From the NCBI RefSeq assembly GCF_009914755.1, contig NC_060926.1: a stretch of 64,000 bases of DNA. One strand, given 5' to 3'. The stretch is from the human T2T-CHM13v2.0 reference genome, Homo sapiens. Below, one piece after another: positions 1 through 15,888 of the stretch. Every line of letters begins with the position of its first letter. Positions within the stretch are counted from its first letter, which is position 1. The notes under the pieces were generated by a model. That model was not told the DNA's origin and made no database searches. It was given only the letters and a program-made list of their open reading frames with translations. Position numbers and translations under genes: made by a program.

Positions 1-489
1 TTACATCACCCCAACCTTTCTTCACACAAGAGTACCACAGAGGGGGATGCCCTGGAATAGGGAGAAATTAGGAAATTCTCTTGGAAAGAGCACAAGGAAC
101 AATCCAGCATAAATGTCGACACCAGAAGCTCTGTGTCCTCCCCAAATCACCAAGCACAACAACCTAGGACCTAAGGTTTGCTCCTCCATCAAGATGGCCA
201 GCAAGGCAGCTGACAGTGCCTAGGGTATAAAAGATGAGTTCAAAGAGAAAAGTGAAGTAGCTAAAGAGAATATGCACTGTTTTCTTTTTTTTTTAAGACA
301 ACAAATAGAACAATCAATAGCAGAAGATAGAATATAAAGCAAAAGGAAGACAGTTAAGTCTTTAATTTTTTTATAATTTGTGTATATATGAGCTAATTCT
401 TCCCAAATATTCACTAAATGCCCTATTCATTCTTTCACTAATTTGTGATACTGTCTCTGTCCTATACCAAGTTCAGATATATAGTTGGA

Positions 490-1770
<1,281 letters not shown>

Positions 1771-1819
1771 AATGAAATAGGCACCTGGTATAGTGATGAT
1801 ATTACACTATTTATGCATG

Positions 1820-1950
1820 CGTGCATTCACTCATTCATCTAGTAAGCATGTGTTGAATGCCTGCTTGTGCCTTGTTAGTATGCTAGGATCACAAAGGTGA
1901 GTGGACAGATGAGGTTCCTGCCCTCATGGAACTTCATCCTGGGGGACTGA
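1820..1950 (-). mobile_element. L2 3' end fragment
   Basis: CATTCACTCATTCAT..TGTTGAATGCCTGCTTGTGC..CCTGCCCTCATGGAACTT, typical reverse-strand L2 tail. Confidence 0.6.
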
Positions 1951-3829
1951 GGAATAGAACTGAGGATTGTGAGTGAATCAGTTGGGCTCCTACGAATGCT
2001 AAGGGAAATTGAGATGATAAGCATGATAATAACAATGAGGACATTACATTTGAAGTGACAGATGTCCCAAATTTAATAATTTCCAAATCTCACCAGCATT
2101 TATACTTATGCTCACTAGCATGTACATATATTAAATGAAGTGAATGTAGGCAAACCAGGTTTTGGAGCTTGGTGAATTTTCTCTGGAGGCTATTTTAGAT
2201 TGCCAAACCATAACAGAAATTGCCTGTGGAAAGACCTCAAGTTATCTGTTTTCCCAGCAGCATTTCCCATGCCTTGTTCTGTCTACCAGATACACACAGC
2301 ACTCATACAGCAAAGGATATAGAAAGGAAACATAATACCAGCTGATTAGCTAAGGGTTCCTGGTGTTATCCCTCATTTGGTTTTTCCCCCTGGAGCCCAA
2401 ACACAGCCCGAGTCTCCATTGCTGTGCTGGATTCTATCTCCTGTGAACAGATCTGCCTCTAATCCAGGGAGTCAAGGGCAAAAGATGGAGATGGATTCCT
2501 TCTAAAACAGAGAGTGCTGGTCAGTGCAAAGTGAGCACTTCACCCAACTCCTTGTCATCCAAGGTCCTCCCTTCAAAGCTACTCAGAAGAAATGAATTTT
2601 CATGAAATTTTCCCAAGAAATCTGCATTTACAAGACGAAGCAATGGCTTTGCAACCTCAGACAGTGGCGCAGGACTGTATGTGTGTTGTGCTTGCAGAGA
2701 ATGGAGGTGGTAGGTTGGGGTGGGGATAAGGTGGGGTCAGAATATCCTGTGGAGACATCACCTAACCTTAAGTTTGAGAGTAAGATATCTCATCCTTAAG
2801 GATCCTTTTTTCAGATATTCAGTTTCCAAGAAAGGGGCTCATCTCCTTAGAACTTGCTATGTCTTCATCGCTTGCTATCTCTACCTTTGTTAGACTCTAA
2901 ACATCCTGGTTCTCACTTTCATCTCATGTTCCTCCCTGCCTCCTCCTGACACATTTTTCTGCTTCTTCGGAATGGGAAACACAATCAAAATCACCCAAGA
3001 CTATGAATAATGGCTGAGGCTGGAAGCAGGCAGAGATTTCCAGAAGAAAACATGTGCGCTTCTCAGGGTCAAGGCACAGCACTTAAAACTTCAGACACAG
3101 AGCTCTTAAAACATTGCAACACCCTTCAGTGTTGGCAAGGGTACAGGGAAGTGAGCATTGTCACAGGACTTGGCAAAGCATTTCAAGGGCTTTATGCATG
3201 TCCACAACCTCTGGCCAGTAATTGCTCTTATGGGAATCTATACATAGGAAATTATCAGAAATACAGGCAAAGATTGACATTTAGAAATACTTAATGCAGC
3301 ATTTTGTGTGTGACCCACATGCCATCTGAGACTTTTCTGCCCTTTGAAAATTAAATAAAGTCATTCCAAGACCCTATCTCATATCCTCTGGAAATTCCAT
3401 TGTCTTCCTCAAGATTTCTAATGATTCTTGGGGGCTTCACCTTTAAGTTCCTGTAATGAATGAACTCTAAATCTTCCCAACATCAACCTAAACTCACAGC
3501 TTTATACCAGCAAAGGTCAGGGAATATAGTCCCTCTACTTTCTCTCCAAAACAAACTCACGGAATTTGTATACGCTTCAGTTTTGATAAAAGAATCAGAA
3601 AAATGGAGAGAAGAACATCACAGGACCACTTTAAATTTTAAAATTAAAAGACACTTCTCAAAAAATTCCTTCAGTCACCTAGACTTCCAATAGTGCTAGC
3701 GCCTATAATGTTGCTCAACTTGTGACCCGTTTTTGTTTCAATCTCTTTACTTCCCCTTCTCTTACTTCTCTACTTGCCCTAACCCTAAATTTTGTCCAAC
3801 ACAATAAACAGAGCATTGTAACTATCTCT

Positions 3830-4530
<701 letters not shown>

Positions 4531-4534
4531 CAAA

Positions 4535-4676
4535 CTCTTTCAATATCTCTAAGCCTCATTTTCCCACCTTTACTATGGGCATAACAATAGTAATTCACTG
4601 CACTGAGTTCTTGGGGAGACATAATAATCTAATGCCTACATACAGTGAATATCCTATAGATATTATTACTGTTATT
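4535..4676 (+). mobile_element. MIR fragment
   Basis: TCTCTAAGCCTCATTTTCCCACCTTTACTATGGGCATAACAATAGTA core-like. Confidence 0.55.
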
Positions 4677-5694
4677 TATGCACTAATTTATTTCCTGAAT
4701 AATGATTATGTGCCTATTTTTAGGCAGTGTAGTATTAGAGATTCCAAAATTTAAAAATTAGAGCTTTAATATGCTTAATAACTAATAGCCTTTAACAATA
4801 TGGTCTTTCATGCCTTGTTATTTGACAAATTCCACAACAAAGCCTTTGCTCTGAATCCATCTTATTCACATGTCATTCACATAGTACGCTGTGCTCTTTA
4901 TTGACTCTTTATTTTCTGTTCCTTCTGTCCTACTCTTTCCTCTCATTCTTCAAGACCTAGGGAATTCATCCCTCCCTGACTTACCTACCTGCACGGTATA
5001 TTGGTCATTTGTTTTTCTCTGTGATCCATAAAATGTGCATATGCCTCCATCAGCCTGTTTCATGGATAGTGATGGGAATTTGATGATATAAAGGCGAGGG
5101 TCCAAAAAAGAAAAACTGAATTCTACTAATCAATGCTTCTCCCCGATGGGATTCTGTGAGAAATACTCTCAAAGAACTGTAGCCAAACAGGAAACAAGTC
5201 ACCGCTATCAGCTTAAAGAGTGCATGCACCCAGCACTGAGCCCCATGAAAAGCTGGGTTAGAGAAATGGATTTAGTTCAAGCCCAAGATAGGGCCTCCTA
5301 TTTCTTTCTTCCCACTGCTGTGAACTATAAACTTTGCCTCTTACCACCGTCACAGAGGACACATAAAGAAAGAAAGATCAAAGCAAAGAGAAAAGGAAAT
5401 GGTCAGGCATCGAAGAAGGTGCAACCTTGGGTTGCCGATTCTATAAAATACTGCAGAACACAGAGAGAGTGACATAGCCAGCCCCTTCCTAAGGACCAGC
5501 TCCATGCAGGTATGTTAACTCAGGACAACAGGAAGTGCCAGAAGGCACAATCAGTGCCTTGAAGTCTGATTAATTATATTAGTAAGGTTTTCTTCCTTGG
5601 GACATTGCTGATGAAGGGAGAGGAGATTAAAACTTCCTTTCGCAAAAGCATGTGTATGACCAACTTTTAAATATTTATATATTTGCTAAGCTAT

Positions 5695-6066
5695 ATTAGT
5701 GGCAAGCTATATTACTGCTCAACAATATATACTGCTCTTCCCAAGATAATTCTGCCTGTGGCCATATGACTTTCTTTGGCCAATGAAGTATGAGCTTCTA
5801 ACCAGATAACAACACTCCTGGTTAGAAACTTTGAGAGCCAGAACTTGCTTCCTCAAAGTACTATTTCACTGTGAAGGTAACCAGCCATGTTCCGGAAAGT
5901 GGTGGTTCTATCACACTGGGCTCTGAGAAGAGGTGGATGAAACAGTACAGCCCCCAGCCAACCATCAATAGGCAAGCAGTGTGTGAAAACTAAAGCTCGT
6001 GTTTTTTAAGTGACTGAGAAGTTTGAGGTGTTTGTTTCAGCAGCACAGTCTTGCTAATCCTGATGA
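5695..6066 (+). mobile_element. MLT1 LTR (MLT1H/I/J-like)
   Basis: GGCCATATGACTTTCTTTGGCCAATGAAGTATGAGC and 3' end TTTTAAGTGACTGAGAAGTTTGAGGTGTTTGTTTCAGCAGCA. Confidence 0.65.
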
Positions 6067-6239
6067 TCCCAGGAGTTCCTCTAGAAACATATCCATCACG
6101 GTGTCATCAGAGCCTGATTCATTATGGTATCAACAGATACCACGATGGTATCATCAGAGCCCAGCACGTATCCATGCTCAGTGCATCTGCTGAATAAACT
6201 AATGAATGTTTTAAATCAAAACTAGTATTTTCTTCACTT

Positions 6240-6480
6240 AGAGGCAACATATAGTAAAAGAAATTAGACTTTGGAGTCACAAATACTGATTTTAAATCCC
6301 ATTTGCCACTTGCTAGCTATGAAACCTTAGGCAGTTCAACTTTCTGAGTCTCAGTTTCCTCATTTAAAGAAACATTTTGTTTGCAATACCTTTCTTAAAG
6401 AGGTTCTTGTGTTAAATGAGATAACATATATAAAGAAACCAGTGTGTTATCAGGACACTGTATATTGTATTTATTCTTAA
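6240..6480 (+). mobile_element. MIR
   Basis: AGACTTTGGAGTCA..AAATCCC..TGCCACTTGCTAGCT..TCTGAGTCTCAGTTTCCTCATTT..TAAATGAGATAA. Confidence 0.8.
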
Positions 6481-7349
6481 TAATACTATTTTAAAATTTT
6501 ATTCAAGAAAAGTCCACACAAGTAATAACTGTGGAGGTAAAAAAATGAGTAATATATCACAGATATTTCTACAGTACAACAGTTCCGAATAATTGACTGG
6601 TTGTACAGAATTGAGGAAGAAGAGGGGAGAAGTAAAATAGAGGATAATTACTAGATTTACTAAAGAGATGGCACAGGTACTGGTCTTTGATTTAGACAGA
6701 GCAGGCAGAATAGATTGTATGTGACTTGGTTTGGCTGCTGGTCAGGGGCATGGGATTGAAATTTCAATTTTCAGTATCTGGGATTCCAGAGAGCCATGGA
6801 TCACTCATGTAGAGTTGCTGAGTTGATAACTGAATGGACAGGTCTGAAACTTGGCAAAGATACACGTCTGAGAATATAAATGCTTGTTGATCAAATGAAT
6901 GATTAAATGAACAGTGGAATGTGGGTCAAGAGAGCTAAGTTAACTCTTACGAGTTCTTCACAAGCATATTTCATATTTTATTTTTACATTTTTTGCATAA
7001 CCATGCATTGTTTATGGGGAAAAGGATTACTTTGAGACAAATTTGTATATTCTATTGTGAGAAAATTTTTTAAAACTATTTTGAAATTTCAAATTTTGCT
7101 AAAAAGCAGAACATGTCTATTTAACCAAATAGACAGTCACTGAAGATAAACCATTTAGGAAGTATAAAAGAATTAGCCTTATTATGCAAAATGTTCAGAA
7201 TGCTAATTGTTTAGCACTAATTTTTGTGTTTTATACATTTTAGTCAGAAGCATCTGAATTAGTACTAATTATTAACCACAGAGAAAGATGGTAGTTAGAA
7301 GATAGCGTGACTTTCTCAAAATTATTAATGCAACAACCTTTTTTTAAAC

Positions 7350-7945
7350 ATCAACGGTGAGAAAGTTGTCCATACTGCAAGATGATAAATTAAAATCAGA
7401 CATGATTCTCACCTTAAGGAGGTCACAGCTTCAGATGGGGTAGCAATGTATAGCACGACAGGGCTACACAACGTATGGCACAACAGGGCTACACAACGTA
7501 TGGCACGACAGGGCTACACAACGTATGGCACGACAGGGCTACACGGAAAGACCAGCTTACGGGGAGCAGGCAGTGGCAACTTCAGTTGAGGAGGTGGGTG
7601 GTTTCTTTTTTTGGAGATCGTGACTTTCAAGCTTCTTAAAAGTTAAGCATTATTTGTATATGTACATAAAGTGGTTTCAGGAGGGAACTATAAAGGGAGG
7701 AATTACAGGGGAAAAGATATAGAAGTGAGAAAGGTTTTGGTACTATGTAAAAAGGGAAAAACCTCAATTTGATTATAGCTGAGTGTTAATAAAGTAGTGA
7801 GCATTAGGAGAAAAAAATGTAGATTGGGCCTAGGTTCTGAGGGATTTTTGAGTATCAGGCTAAGGAATGTGGTCTTTATTCTGTAGTAGATAATAGAACT
7901 CCATTGAAAGAACTTGAGCAGAAGAGAGATTGACTCTTACAGGGA
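7350..7945 (-). mobile_element. L2 fragment(s)
   Basis: AGGCTAAGGAATGTGGTCTTTATTCTGTAG..CCATTGAAAGAACTTGAGCAG typical of antisense L2. Confidence 0.55.
7444..7544. repeat. 25-bp minisatellite, 4 copies (CAACGTATGGCACGACAGGGCTACA)
   Basis: Units at 7444, 7469, 7494, 7519; copies 3 and 4 identical, copy 2 one mismatch, copy 1 two mismatches. Confidence 0.95.
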
Positions 7946-9236
7946 GTTTCAAAAGAATGACATATGGGGGCTTTCCTGGGGATAGGTTTTCTCATCATAA
8001 AGTCAGGGAAATAATATTTACTGCATGAGGATGGTTTTAAATGAGATAACCTATATAATTCCTTTGCTGGTAATAGATTCCCTTTCCATCCTCTTTCCTG
8101 AAAGTGACCTGATAATATCCACCTGCTCCTCATTAAGACCCCAGGGGCAGCAACTGCAACAACACGGAGATATTAACAAAGGCAGGTGCTGTAAAGGCAG
8201 CTGGAGCGCCAGAAGCAGGGATTTAGCAGATAAAGTAAAGGCAAGCAATAAAAAGAGGAAGGGGGGAAGAAATGTTTGCCAAGGGCTGTTGAAAAGAAAT
8301 AAATTGGAAACCTGTTATGCATGTATCTGGGACACTGCTGTTAACTCAGGAAGGGAGGAACGGCTTACAAAGGGAGCTCCAGTGGCTCCTAGAGCACCCA
8401 GGAAGCTGGACCCTTGGGTTGTGTGTGCGTATGTGAGGGGACACTGCCACACATCCCAGCTGTATTGGCTGGCAGAAGGAAGCTGAAGCTCATCACCACG
8501 ATTGTTTCATTTAAAAAAATTGTTCTCATCAAGTCGCAATTGTGACACCATAGCAGTATCTACAGGCAAATTGACACGTGTAAATTTCCTACAGGAAAAT
8601 CTGCTGAGATGGGAGCAAGAGCCCTAAGGGCACCATTAAGGACAAAACATAAAGTGTGGAAACAGCTGAAGTTGAGCCTCAACTGTTGCACAGATTAAGT
8701 CCTTTAACATATGCAGAAAGCCCTATCGAGGTAACCTCACAGTCTGGTCCAAATACCAATCTGGTAGTTAGTTGGCCTGGCCTCTGAAGTATCATTGTCA
8801 TCAGTACTCAGGGAACAATGTGCTCACTGTTCAAGAAAGGGGCAGGAAGAACAATGCTTAATACTTGCTCTCCTAAGAGGCCAGAGTCTAGACATGGAGA
8901 GACAATATACCTTCTTGGAATTATGAAGCCCTCAAGGCCTCCATGAAATGTGTAGACAGATACTGAGGTGTAGAGCCCCCTCAGATGGGTTGTATATAAT
9001 CGAGCTGCTATAATCAGGGTGTTTGCTGAAAGAGGGGGCACACAAGTTAAAGCTTGAAGAATGGGTAATGGAAACAAATAGGGTTGATAATACAAGGTAA
9101 ACAATAACAAGGGTGTGTCATTAGTAATAGCAAAGTTAACTCAAAGACACAATGACTCCACTCTTTCTGCTTAGTGCTTACTTAGGTATACAGGTTTTAC
9201 AGGCATATGACTGTAAAACATCTATGAAAATGTTTT

Positions 9237-10549
9237 ATTTCACCATATACAAAAATCACATTAAAATGGATGAAAGACTTTGAGAACTCAAACTATGAAA
9301 CTACTACAAGAAAATAAGGGAAGAAATCACTAGGACACTAGTCTGGGTACACATTTCATGAGTAATACCCCACAAGCTCAAGCAACCAAAGTAAACAGGG
9401 ACAAATGGGATCACATCAAGTTAAGAAGCTTCTGCACAGCAAAGGAAGTAATCAACAAAGTCAAGAGACAACCCACAGAATGGAAGAAAATATTTGGAAT
9501 ATTTCCTTCTCACAAGGGATTAATAACCAGAATATATAAGGACCTCAAACAACTCTATAGAAGAAAAATCTAGTAATCTGATTTTTTTGAATGGTCAAAA
9601 TATTTGAATAGACATTTCTTAAAAGACATACAAATCGCAAACAGGTGTATGAAAAGGTGCTCAACATCACTGATCATCAGAGAAATGCAAATCGAACTAC
9701 AATGAGGTACTATTTCACCCCAGTTAAAATGGCTTATATCCAAAAGACAGTCAATAACAAATGCTAGCAAGGAAATGGAGAAAAGAGAACCCATGTACAG
9801 GAATATAAATTAGTACAGTCGCTATGGAGAAATGTTTGGATGTTCCCAAAAACAACCTAAAAATAGAGCTACCATATGACCCAGCAATCCCACTGCTGGA
9901 TATATACCCAAAAGAAGGGAAATCAGTCATCAAAGAGATACTCCATGTTTGTTGCAGCACTGTTCACAATAGCCAAAATTTGGAAGCAACCTAGATCTCC
10001 ATCAACAGATGAATGGATAAAGAAAATTTAGTGCTTATATAAAATGGAGTAATATACAGCTATTAAAAAAGAATGAGATCCTGTCATTTGCAACAAGATG
10101 GATGGAACTGGAGGTCATTCTATTAAGTAAGCCAGGAACAGAAAGATAAATATCACATGTTCTTACTTATTTGTGGGACCTAAAAACCAAAACAATTGAA
10201 CTTGTGGAGATAAATCGAGAGTAGAAGGATGGCTACCAGTGTCTGGGAAGGGTGGGGAAGTAGGAAAGGAGGTGAGAATGATAATAGGTACCAAAAATAT
10301 AGAAAGAATGAATAGAGTCTAGTATTTGATAGCGTAAAAGGGTGACTATAGTCAATAACGTAATTGTACATTTTAAAATAACTAAAAAGTATAATTGGAT
10401 TGTAAAACGAAGGGTAAGTGCTTGAGGGGATAATCATACCCCATTCTGCATGATGTGCTTATTTCACATTTGCATGCCTATATCAAAACATCTTGTGTAA
10501 CCCATAAATATATGCATATACTATGTAGCCACAAAAATAAAAAATATAA
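9237..10549 (+). mobile_element. 5'-truncated L1 (L1MA-like) ORF2 end and 3'UTR
   Basis: ORF2 C-terminal remnant ([18 protein letters not shown] 9358-9573); L1MA-type 3' end CCCATAAATATATGCATATACTATGTAGCCACAAAAATAAAAAA; TSD GAAAATGTTTT at 9226-9236 and 10550-10560. Confidence 0.92.
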
Positions 10550-13500
10550 GAAAATGTTTTTAAAAATTATGAATCACTTCTCCTCCTCCTAACCTATCTC
10601 CTCAAGGGCCTCTATGAAAAGCCCTTCCACAGGACCCTGACAGGCAAGTCTTCTGTCTGGCTCTGAGATGGTTTTAGAGCTTAGGTTATCTTCTAAGCAG
10701 CCACAAATCATCCCAGCTCCAGACCAGAGAACCTGGGCAAAGAATTGCTTGTTTTTCTCTTCTAAAGGGAGAACGTAAACTCTATAGGTTAAGAATGTTA
10801 TTGAATGAATGAATGACGAATTAATGAATAGGATAAACTTTTCAAAAGAACCTAAGCTGGAGGCCTCATACATACCCTAGCAAGCAGAGTTGGCAACTGT
10901 GCACACACATCATTATCTGTTGAATGACTGAACGAAATAGTGTAAAAAGTAAAGACTAAATAAATAAATAAAAGAATATCCTACTTTAAACGATATCACA
11001 GTATTCACCCCTGAGAAAACCATCTTTCTGAAGGCATGCCCTGGGTAAGCTTTGTGATGTGTTCACTGTAGCACTCACCTCGGTAACACAGTTGAAGTTT
11101 CCAGTTCCCCTCTCAAAGTCCTATGGGGCACCTAACCCTTTTCATAACCCCACCCCAAATACACGAGCACACATGACCCACCCACCTTGCTCAATGTCAT
11201 AGTTGTATGTGACCATGAAACCTAATGAATTACCTTGCAAGTTTTTAGGGACATCAAAATCAGTCCATTTTATAGATAAGAAAAATGATACTGGTCTAGA
11301 CTGAGCTGGAATTGCAACAATTTCAGGACTCTGTGATTTGGACTGTGTGCCCTTCATGGATTAGGACACTGGTGCCAGGAGAGGGCTCAAGAGTAGTGTT
11401 ATCATCACTCCTATCTCTTTTGGCTTAATGCATTTGTGATCTCCTTTTCCAGACATACCTAATGGACTTCACTTTACCCTACTAGTAAGTCATCAAGTCC
11501 CCTGTGGCAATACCTAGAATCAAGGTATCATAGCCTCCAGCCCATGCTTGTCCCATGCACACCACACCTGACAACTTCAGCAATGTGTTTTCCCTTCTGG
11601 TTGGAAAAAAGTCTCTTTGGGGTTGTGAACATCTGCAAAATTTTCTATATAAACCTTCATGTTCTAAGAGCACACAAGTGCTTCCCAAAGGGCACAATCT
11701 ATAGACAGAGGCTCCTAACAGAGCTTCAACTCTGAAACTCAGGGTGGGTAGAGCCTATTTGCTCATTACCAAAATGTTGCTGGCTACTCTTCCTTCTGCA
11801 GAGTGGTACTGCCCACATCCCCAGGGAGTGGCCTTCGACTCAAGCAGAGGCCCACCAGCATGATTTAGACAAGCTTAAGTTTTGTGTGGCATTTCATTTA
11901 GTGAAGCACCATAGAGTTCTAGCTTGCTTTGGCTCCCTTGTGACAGGCAGTTATCCTCCCAATAATGAAAATGTTGAAGGATGGCACTGCCTTTAGCATC
12001 CCTAAGTTCCTGGTTTGCATGAGAGTTTTTGTTTAGTTCATTAATCTCAAGCCTTGGTCTTTGTCTTCTGAATATAAGCAGACCCTTTACCTGTGGAGAC
12101 TTGTATCCCATCTGAGAAATAAGAGCAGCTACAAGCTAGAAAGCAGCACAAGAATGAGCTCACCCCAGCAGACAAAGATGGGGTCCATTAGATATTCATC
12201 TCAGCCTTGCACACAGGCAGAGCAGTAGGCAAGCAAAGTGCCAACTATTAATACTATTGAAGTCAATGATGAGACATGGTGGCCATGACCAGGAGATGAC
12301 TCTGGCAAGGCAGAGGGTAGCAGGAGGGCTGGGAGGTGAGCTGGCTGCCTGGAGTGCAACGGCATAATTTCCTCTACCTTCTTGCCGTCAATCACAGCTC
12401 TTTATATAGCACCAATGTCATGCTGCATCAGCTGCACCTGTGCCCCGTGTGATGACTTTCAGACTCAGATAAATACCATCAACGGACTTCAGGATGATGG
12501 GCACAATGGAACACCCTAGTGATTGATCTGTTTGTTTCCATCCTGGGGCTGTGGGTCTATTAAATAAACACTAGTATTTTGAAGGAAAAGCAGGAGAAAG
12601 AACTCTTAGGTGGATTCTTTATTTCTTGTTTGGTTTGGAAGATGGTGGTGGTTGTTTGCGCTTTGGTTTTTTGTTGTTGTTTTAAATAGATGAGAGTGAA
12701 TTTTTCTTTTCGAACACATAGCCCTGGACACAAGCAGCAGGACTTTATTTATCAGCTCCAACTCCTCACTGAATATCCTCCACAGCTGACAAGAGTCAAT
12801 GATTAGCTGATTTCTCTGCTCTATTGCAAAGTTCTGCTGTGTTGCCAGACTCCCATGAGAGGTAGAGGGGCCATGTGATGTTCCCCAGAGGCTGCACCTC
12901 CTGAATGCTCCCAAAGACATCCTCTCACATCAAACTGGTGGATAGAGTCTGCAGATCATATCCGTTCCCTCATTTTACACAAAGCTAGCTAAGTTTTGAG
13001 AACAATGTTATACTTAGCTGCTGTACAAGCCATTGCCTTTTGGATTAATTTTAAGGGGAAATTATTTAAAAGGAAAATATTTATAATTCAAATTATTAAG
13101 AAATTCTAGGTCATAAAGAGCTACCATCTTTCAAACTTGGATATTGGTTTTATTTTCCAGTTTTTAAAATCCAGGGGGAAAAAAGCATTCACAATTTGAG
13201 TGTCTCTTTTCTTATCTGCTCACCCAAAAGAGTTCCTCAGTTAATATGTGACCATTTCTTTACCTATAGAATTCAGATAATATCTCTGAGAATTCATGAT
13301 AAGAGTGTTTTAAAACTACATTAAGAAGCACTTCCTTCCTTAGACCCTCCAGAGAACACTGTACCTTGGACAGTCATTATATCAACACTGAGTAGATGGG
13401 ACCTTGGAACACCACACGTCAACTCTGCATCCAGATCAGGCCCTGAATTGAGTGATACTGGAAATGGTGTGAAAAGAACCTGCATGTCCATGTAGCAAAT

Positions 13501-14006
13501 AGTAGATTCTAAGAGATAAACTGGTAACTTCCAGCCTGTGCTCATCAGTTCTCCTGGAATCAGCCTAGGATTAAAGAATAAGAAGTTGGAACATAAAAGA
13601 CAGTTTGTGCATTGTGAGAAAACTACCACCAATTTTCTCATTTTGAGTGAGAAAGCTGTGAAGAAGGGCAACTGACAACATGATGTCCTTTTACAAACTA
13701 CTTCTCTGCAGTTGCGCTACTCCATGTGGTCTATGTACGACAGCCAGTGTGCTAACAATTTGCCACTGATTTATAGCAAGATAAATGCAGAAGTGAGAAG
13801 TAAACACATAGATACTTGTTTAGCAATTTGCCATTGTTATGGCTAAGAAAGTAATCTGTGGATTTATCTTTTTGAATAGGGTATAGACCAGTCTGAGTAT
13901 TGTCAGATTTAGGTGGTAAATTGCATTGGCTCAAACTCTGTTCTAATCATGTGTGATAGGATGTATTCATCTGTGACAGACTGGAAATCAAAAATGATAG
14001 CTAGAT

Positions 14007-14034
14007 GATAGATAGATAGATAGATAGATAGATA
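14007..14034. repeat. (GATA)7 microsatellite
   Basis: Seven GATA units directly 5' of an AluY. Confidence 0.95.
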
Positions 14035-14041
14035 GAGATTA

Positions 14042-14574
<533 letters not shown>

Positions 14575-15169
14575 AAAAGTTTAGAATTCTGCTTCCCTCT
14601 CAGGTTTGGCAGCCATTAAATATCAGGAGAAGGAGATCACAGTATTAGGTACATTTGTCAAATCAAGGCAAGGATCACGCACAAGCTCTCATCTCCCCTC
14701 TCAATGCCACCCAGTCTTCAATGTCAAAGCAAGAATATAGAAGACTCAGGAACACATCTCCAAATGTATAAGGTGCAATTCTGGAGAAATATGATTCCCA
14801 CTACAGAATTCATTTTATCACCGCTTTTTCAGAATCACAGCTACTCCTAAAGCAGAGTATAACTGATATTTTTTATTAGACTTATTGTTTGGAAGTTATC
14901 AATATTCCATAAATATGGCATGGTTCCTTATAAACTTCAGAGATTAAATAAAGCTAAAGTTTCAGGGTTGCTGACATTACCAAAAACCACAAAAATCATA
15001 ACTTTGTTCCCTTAGAGGACACGGGTGAGACAGACCACACTCATCTTATCATAATATTTTGATTTAAAATATATTTTCTTGATAAGCAGTAGAAAGAGAA
15101 AGCATTAGGCTAGAATCTGCAGTGGCTCCCATCCAAGGGTGATACAGTCCCATAAGAAGCAGACAGGGA

Positions 15170-15730
15170 CTCCACTAACCTATTGCTGCAATCCCCCCAA
15201 GTTAAAATGGCATAAAACAACCACTGTATTATGCTCACAGATTTTGTGGGCCTAGAATTCAAACAAGGCACATTGGGAATAGATTTTTCTCTGCTCCACA
15301 TTATCTGGGATCTCAATTAGGAAGATTCAAATAGCTGTTAATTACTCAGATAAATGAAGAATGGCTGGAATCATCTGGAGACTCTGTCACTCACGAATTT
15401 GGTAGACCAACATAACTCAAAGATGGAACTTAGATGAGGTCAGGGCCAATGTATTTATGACCTCCGTCTATTGATGGGGCTTCCTCACAACATGGCAGCC
15501 TCAGGGTAGCTGACATTTAACATGGTGTCTCAGGCCTCCAAGATTAGGGCTCTGGCAAAGAAGGAAGAAGCTATGTGACCTTTTATGAGCAAACCTTAGA
15601 AGTTACATAGTATCACTTTCACTGCACTACGTTGGCCAAAGCAGGCACACGTGCACCTAGATTTAACGACATAGGACCCACCTGTTGATGGAAGAGTGCC
15701 AAAGAATGCATAGTCATTTTTAAAAGCCTC
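15170..15730 (-). mobile_element. MLT1 LTR (MLT1F/G-like)
   Basis: TATTGCTGCA..CCCCAA..GGCATAAAACAACC..ATGCTCACAGATTTTGTGGG..CTTCCTCACAACATGGCAGCCTCAGGGTAG. Confidence 0.75.
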
Positions 15731-15744
15731 TCTGTTGCAGAAAA

Positions 15745-15866
15745 CATCTAGGAATTTAGTAAACAGCAGCCAGGAATGCTAAAGATCCTACAAAGACTGT
15801 GATAATTTCATGCCTCAAAGAACCATTCTCACTAGGATGCCAGGAGTGTCACTGTTCACAAACACT
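15745..15866 (+). mobile_element. MER20-like hAT fragment
   Basis: GCCAGGAATGCTAAAGATCCTACAA..CTCAAAGAACCATTCT..GCCAGGAGTGTCACTGTTCACAAACACT resembles MER20 3' half. Confidence 0.5.
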
Positions 15867-15888
15867 AGAACCTTAAAGTTGGAGACCT

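Noticed and set aside
7444-7544. 25-bp repeats as a CRISPR array
   Set aside because: Units are contiguous with no unique spacers, there are no cas genes, and the DNA is primate
8025-8486. Longest ORF (153 aa) as a gene
   Set aside because: Starts in a MIR-like fragment, no recognisable domain or exon context; length compatible with chance in 64 kb
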